From NCBI GenBank assembly GCA_002811645.1, contig PDIP01000060.1, forward strand, positions 62,001 to 126,000: a DNA stretch of 64,000 nucleotides. The letters are read 5' to 3'. Shown here one piece after another: positions 58,863 to 64,000 of this stretch. Position numbers and translations under genes: made by a program. How positions within the stretch are numbered: the first letter of the stretch is position 1; each line of letters starts with the position of its first letter. A model generated the notes under the pieces. The model was not told the DNA's origin and made no database searches. It saw only the letters and a program-made list of their open reading frames with translations. The stretch is from Corallochytrium limacisporum Hawaii. Its lineage: Eukaryota > Protista > Pluriformea.

Positions 58863-59815
58863 ATGGCTGTAAGTATTTTACTTGGGACAGAATGAAACTA
58901 TTAGATACTAAGGGATATCAGAGTGGGAAGAAAAATCTGGGCTACGTCAACACGACAATTTTGTACATATAGGTCCATCCGCTCGTGGAAGTGATTGGGT
59001 TTGCGAATGTATTGCTTGTTTCGCAGTGGTGGCAACTGGAATGACCATGGTATAGTACAGCCAATGTTACGCTTTCACTCAATTATCATAATTGTGACAA
59101 AGTGTGACAGTAGGCCCATGCTAAAGAGTGGACCATATCCATATTAGCCTGCCATGCACTTGCGGATCTAAGGTAGACATGGGCATGTACTGATCGTTTC
59201 CCGAAGGACGAACCTATGCCAAGAATTTGTCACAAGAGTGTCCAGATTCTCTCCCTAATTCGTATCGCCGCGGTCTCTTTGTGAATTTTGTCAATTTCGC
59301 TATGACCTCCTTTCATGATCATGAACTGGGTTTGCTAACATTGCTTTTATTCTTCCAATCTATTTTATCTACAGGACGCCGCCGCCGCCGAACAGCGCCA
59401 GAAGCGTACTTTCCGCAAGTTCTCTTACCGTGGTATTGACCTCGAGCAGTTGCTTGACCTCAAGAGTGAGCAGCTGACCTCTTTGGTCTGCGCCCGCCAG
59501 CGCCGCCGCTTCAACCGCGGTCTCAAGCGCAAGCCGATGACTCTGATCAAGAAGCTCCGTAAGGCTAAGAAGAACTGCCCCGTCAACGAGAAGCCCGAGC
59601 CCGTCAAGACCCACCTCCGCAACATGATTGTGGTCCCTGAGATGATTGGCTCCATCGTTGCCATTTACAACGGAAAGTCTTTCAACCAGGTTGAGATCAA
59701 GCCCGAGATGGTGGGACACTACCTCGGTGAGTTCAGTATCACTTACAAGCCCGTCGGTCACGGTCGCCCCGGTATCGGATCTACTAACAGCTCTCGCTTC
59801 ATTCCTCTGAAGTGA
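58863..59815 (+). CDS. RPS15: 40S ribosomal protein S15 (uS19); two exons 58863-58868 and 59375-59815
   Basis: Exon 1 ATG GCT is followed by GTAAGT. Exon 2 after TCTACAG reads [29 protein letters not shown]...[17 protein letters not shown]...SSRFIPLK*. Confidence 0.96.
58869..59374 (+). other. Spliceosomal intron of RPS15 (506 nt)
   Basis: GTAAGT donor, GCTAAC branch point (59334-59339), pyrimidine tract and CTACAG acceptor; removal restores the reading frame. Confidence 0.9.
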
Positions 59816-60160
59816 AGTGGCTGATCTTTGTTGGAATCCTAAACATCGGTCATCTTAACTTAGTCATTTTTAATTTTCTTCACATCTAGCATAACGTAAA
59901 CTACCATGTGTTTCTCATCATAAGAACCTAAAAACCGAGTTTTTGTACTTCTTCTTTAGTCTAACATTGTTTTTGCTTGCGGTGTGGATGGTGATGTCCC
60001 TGGAAAGGAGTCTCTTCATGTTGATCGAGCTTTCTGGTAGAATTTGTCCTTGTACTTCCAAAATATTCGTACAAGTAGAAACTGTCAAGATTCCTGTTGG
60101 CATCAACGTCCCTAACTATGAAGATGTTTCTATTAGAACACTGCAGATTTTGAGGGGAGC

Positions 60161-61132
60161 TTACTGACCTCCCTTACCAGCCTGCCTCGCCGCGTGCCGG
60201 GCCTGTGCCTTCTCGCGCGCTTGCTTAACACGATCGCCCAGCTCGTGCTTTTCCGCAAGAACCTTGAGCGTCTCCAGGATCAATGGCATAAAATTGTGCT
60301 GTCGACGAGCATTCTCCTTGGCCCACTGCGCTCGCTTGGCCTCCTCCTGTGCAACCTCAACCTTGAGGTCAGCTAATTGCTCGTCAATCTCCGATTCAGC
60401 AGCACCAGTCATAGCCTCTCGGACTTGCCCTATTTGCTCTCCTAAACTTACCAGTCGGTCTTTGGTAATTGCAAGAAGATTGAATCGAATCTCTGACGCT
60501 GCATAGCGTGTAATGCGCTGCTGAATGACCTCTGCGGCATGCTCGTACCATGCCCGTCCAGAAGCACTGCCGTGGTCTATCGGAGATGACCTCAGACCGT
60601 CCAGTTCATAAACATTGCCGTCTTTGCCTGGAATATAGGCTACGAAATGGAAAACGTCGTCATCCTTGGGCCCATGGTCCTTGTGCTCCAGCAGGTACAT
60701 GTCCGTACGACTGAAACTGTTATGCACGGAACGGATGACGTCGCTGTTGCTGATGGCAAGGCCCTTCATTTCCGGATCGAACTCAGATGTAAACAACTTG
60801 AACTCTTTGAGCGTGTCGCCAAGTTCCACGGTGTCCTCCTGGTTCATCAGCACAGAGAGAATGGCCTGTGTGGCACACGCGTTGGTGATAATCTGACGGG
60901 CAAAGAAAATTCCTTTATCTGACGCTTCCACCAGGGGTCCCGCTGCATCCTCTTCTCGCCATTTGAATAAGAAAATCAGACCATAAATGGGACTGAGCTG
61001 CTGTAATGTGATTGCATCCAGACTGTGCAGTTCCTCCACCTGCACTCCCTTAACTCCAACATCTTGTACAAGCTTGGTGAACAGACCGGGATCTGACTCA
61101 ATCAGGCACCAATTGTCTCCGTCCTCTGCCAT
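60161..61132 (-). CDS. UCHL5: Ubiquitin C-terminal hydrolase L5 (UCH37)
   Basis: WCLIESDPGLFT, FFARQIITNACATQA (catalytic Cys), FHFVAY (His), YELDGL (Asp), IRFNLLA and C-terminal ULD ENARRQHNFMP. Confidence 0.95.
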   Translation of the reverse strand: MAEDGDNWCLIESDPGLFTKLVQDVGVKGVQVEELHSLDAITLQQLSPIYGLIFLFKWREEDAAGPLVEASDKGIFFARQIITNACATQAILSVLMNQEDTVELGDTLKEFKLFTSEFDPEMKGLAISNSDVIRSVHNSFSRTDMYLLEHKDHGPKDDDVFHFVAYIPGKDGNVYELDGLRSSPIDHGSASGRAWYEHAAEVIQQRITRYAASEIRFNLLAITKDRLVSLGEQIGQVREAMTGAAESEIDEQLADLKVEVAQEEAKRAQWAKENARRQHNFMPLILETLKVLAEKHELGDRVKQAREKAQARHAARQAGKGGQ

Positions 61133-61633
61133 GATACTTTTGCTTTCTACTCGTGTAAATAGTATGTTATGCCAGTGTTGCTTGCCTGCTTTACATCATC
61201 CAAAAGACTTGTTTTTTCGTCTGTTGTCCCATTTGTCGTCTATTCATGAACCTAATGTGCGAAAACATAACTCACTTCTACGAGAGGCCTGCATTGTATG
61301 CATTCCTCTACATACCTTAAACTACATCAGGTTGAAATGGATCTTAGGTCAATGGAAACCTTGAAAACTACAACTACTTCCCAAAGGAGCCAAGAAATCG
61401 TTTACGAACGTACCTACCACCAAACAAGTTGGGGCCAGCACCGCCAGCCCCGAACCGGTCAGTGCGAAAGCGTTGGCGTTTGCCGCTTCCGCCAGGAAGG
61501 GGTGAAGGGAGGGCTGGACGGGCTAGGCTGGAAGAGGGTGAAGTTACAGATCTAGGCTTTTCGAATCGATTGGGTGATCCCTGCTTATGTGTATGCATTT
61601 GACTACGGTCGCAGTGCCCACGTCGGACACGGG

Positions 61634-62570
61634 TTAGTCTACAGTGCTACTGTTGGCATGATTGTGGTAGGCGACTTTGGTAACATAGCCATCACGCAGG
61701 CCGACTTTAGCCCTAGGTCGGCCGAGGTCCCGGATCTGTACAGCAGGGGTTTGGACGCCGGCGTCACGCGAGCACTGGGATGCGTACAAGTGGCTCACGC
61801 TTGACTTGAGCACTCCCTCATTGCTCTCTGCACGATCAAGCTGCGATTTTGCGTTGTTCAGGACTCGAGTTAGGATCTGGACTTGCTTGCCCAGCTGTTC
61901 AATGTCCAAATCCTTGCTCAAAATGTCCTGTTTCATTTTGGCAACGGACGTGTACTTCTCCTCTCCTGCCGTCTTAATTGCTGCAGCGATTTCAACTTGC
62001 TTCCGCTCCTGTTCCTGCAGCCAGCGTCGTGACCAGAAGACCTTCTCGGCATTGAGCTGACTCTTGAGTTGATCGATCGCTGCTGCAAGTTCCACCTTGC
62101 TCTTGGCTCCCTCACCCATCTCCAGCATGCTGATCGTGACCCTCAAATCTGTCGTCACCTTTGCATGTTCAACTTTGATGCGGACAATGGCTTCTTGCTT
62201 CTCTTCGAGATGTCGCTCTGTACGCTTGAGTCGGAATTCAGCATCCCGAAGTGCTCAGCGTTGCGCAGTATGTTTATCTGTGAGGCCCTTGACTTCAGCG
62301 CTCAAGTCAGCTTCGCCGCTTTCCTCGAAATGTGCCTGCAAGGCCTTGATACGTCTCTGAACCATTGGTTCCATCATCTTCATCTTCACTTTCATGGTCG
62401 TCACCTTCTTGGTCATGTCAACAGTTGTATCCGCTGTGGTCTCAGCCTGTTCTTTGGCAACGCAAATCTTTATCATGCTTGTGGTACCGGAACTTCCGAA
62501 GTTCACTGCGCATTTCATCAATGAACCTTCTTTGTCTACCCATGGTCCTGGAGTGGATGTGTTCTGACAT
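61634..62570 (-). pseudogene. Disrupted coiled-coil protein gene (in-frame TGA plus apparent frameshift); pseudogene, recoding or assembly error
   Basis: ORFs 62255-62521 and 61634-62158 share a frame and are joined by coiled-coil-like sequence across a single TGA (...KHTAQR*ALRDAEFRLKRTERHLEEKQEAIVRIKVEHAKVTTDLR...). An upstream helical segment (MSEHIH...RRFIDEMRSELRKFR) lies in a different frame. Confidence 0.6.
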
Positions 62571-63781
62571 CACGAAGATCACGGCACAAACGAGGAGTAT
62601 GCACCAAGGGGTATCCACTACAAATCTGTAGTATCGATTACTTGAGTGCACATACCCGATACCTCATAGACTTTTCATATACGATATGATCGACTGCGCA
62701 GGACGGCAGGGTAGGCATCGCGCATGGTGGTGGTCACCTGGAGATCTTCGGGATTTCTGAATATACCCCTTCGCAACCACCAAATAAACTGACCCCTTAA
62801 TTGATTGTTGAGACTTGATTCTTTGTTTCGATTTCCACTGGTGTTGCCTGTGTCGCGCACACATAGGAAACTGCACCCGAAGGAATAGACCCATTGCGCC
62901 CTAAATCAATCGACGTTCGAAAACTTACTGTGCCCATTATTCATGTACTTGATACCCTTGCGCATGCACTTGAGAATAAACAATCAACAATCATTGATCT
63001 CTTAGCATCAGATGAATAAATCAAATAGTGCATCAAACAGCTTACGTCGGACATCTCAATATTTATTGTACTAGAAAATCAAAATGTTGATTCATTTCCC
63101 AGTCTTGCTACCAGGGGACCGGGGCGCGCTCCTACGGAAAAAGAAACTTCCCCTCCCTGGCTGAGAAAGTGCCAACGGTCAGACGAGATAGCGCGACCAT
63201 TGGCCAGTAGTGAATGTAGCCAATATACCTTGTTTTTTTTGCGCTGACGAAGCGCAGCACCTGGTACAATACGAAGGAGTGGGACAGGAAGGAGCCACGA
63301 CGCACTCTTCACCTGTCAATTTAACGTCAACTGCTTCCCCTATAGCAAATGAATGGCACGGATTGGCTCCCTCTAAGCCGTTTTACCTCAGCGAAGTGGT
63401 AACGGATGGGGCGACTTGGCTGTGTGATATTTGGGCTCCCTGGCACATACCGCACCAAGACGGGACGACCGGGGGACCTTTGGGCCAATGACTGAGAAAC
63501 AAAAACCCACAGCTGGAGTCGTGCAAACTTTACCGATCATAGACGGCTGGTTAGTCTGTGGCGCTGTTTTTAAGGTACATTATAGATCTGACTGTAAACG
63601 GCAACCTTATGACTGCAGTCAAGTCCACAGATAAGGTTTAAACTATTACTGTTGTGCGTGCATTCCAGGACGTGCAAAGAGAGAGGCAATGGTCGGTTTG
63701 TAATCCGCCAAGCATTCGGGAACGAAATCATTGAGTTGTCTCGCATGCAGAACATAATACAAAAAATAGGGGAATACGAAC

Positions 63782-64000
63782 ATGGAGTTTGCTTACAATA
63801 AGAAAGCGCCGGCGCTACACTCAGAACAGAAGCGGGTCTTGGACCACAAGTCATCTCATGACATCGGCCTGATCCATGACGTCCGCGACTACTTCAAAGA
63901 ACGGGCACGTCTTGAGCGCAAACTTTGCGAGGATCTGAGCAAGAAGTGTCAAGAATTGTCCAAGAAGTATGATTCTGGTGGCCAGTTGAATCCTGATGAA
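63782..64000 (+). CDS. N-terminus of an F-BAR/FCH-domain protein (FCHSD/srGAP-like), truncated by the window end
   Basis: Manual translation MEFAYNKKAPALHSEQKRVLDHKSSHDIGLIHDVRDYFKERARLERKLCEDLSKKCQELSKKYD... matches the FCH pattern (L..D+.D+++.RA.+E..+...L.K). Confidence 0.75.
   Translation, partial: MEFAYNKKAPALHSEQKRVLDHKSSHDIGLIHDVRDYFKERARLERKLCEDLSKKCQELSKKYDSGGQLNPDE

Overview
Eukaryotic nuclear DNA (draft assembly, one 224-nt N gap) from an intron-poor organism. Long single-exon genes plus a tandem-domain receptor tyrosine phosphatase point to a unicellular holozoan (a Corallochytrium-like genome would fit; this is inference only). Recognisable genes in order: OSCA/TMEM63 channel (-, runs off the left edge), PIG-C/GPI2 (+), receptor PTP with D1/D2 domains (-), orphan 200-aa RVxF protein (+), HSL-family alpha/beta hydrolase (-), mitochondrial-looking Sel1-repeat protein (-), orphan 135-aa TM/PPxY protein (+), RPL29 (+, missed by the ORF track), GT77-type glycosyltransferase (+), INO80 (+), AGFG-type ArfGAP (-), RPS15 (+, the only clear spliceosomal intron), UCHL5/UCH37 (-), a disrupted coiled-coil gene (-) and the start of an F-BAR protein (+, runs off the right edge). 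There is a 26-bp minisatellite, plus long gene-free spacers between divergent genes that are rich in CT/GA microsatellites and C-run/G-run palindromes. No tRNA, rRNA, CRISPR or intact transposon was recognised. The best leads are a structured RNA element in the RPS15 intron, the unusual RPTP ectodomain, two motif-bearing orphan genes and the interrupted coiled-coil gene. I cannot support a single multi-gene novel system.
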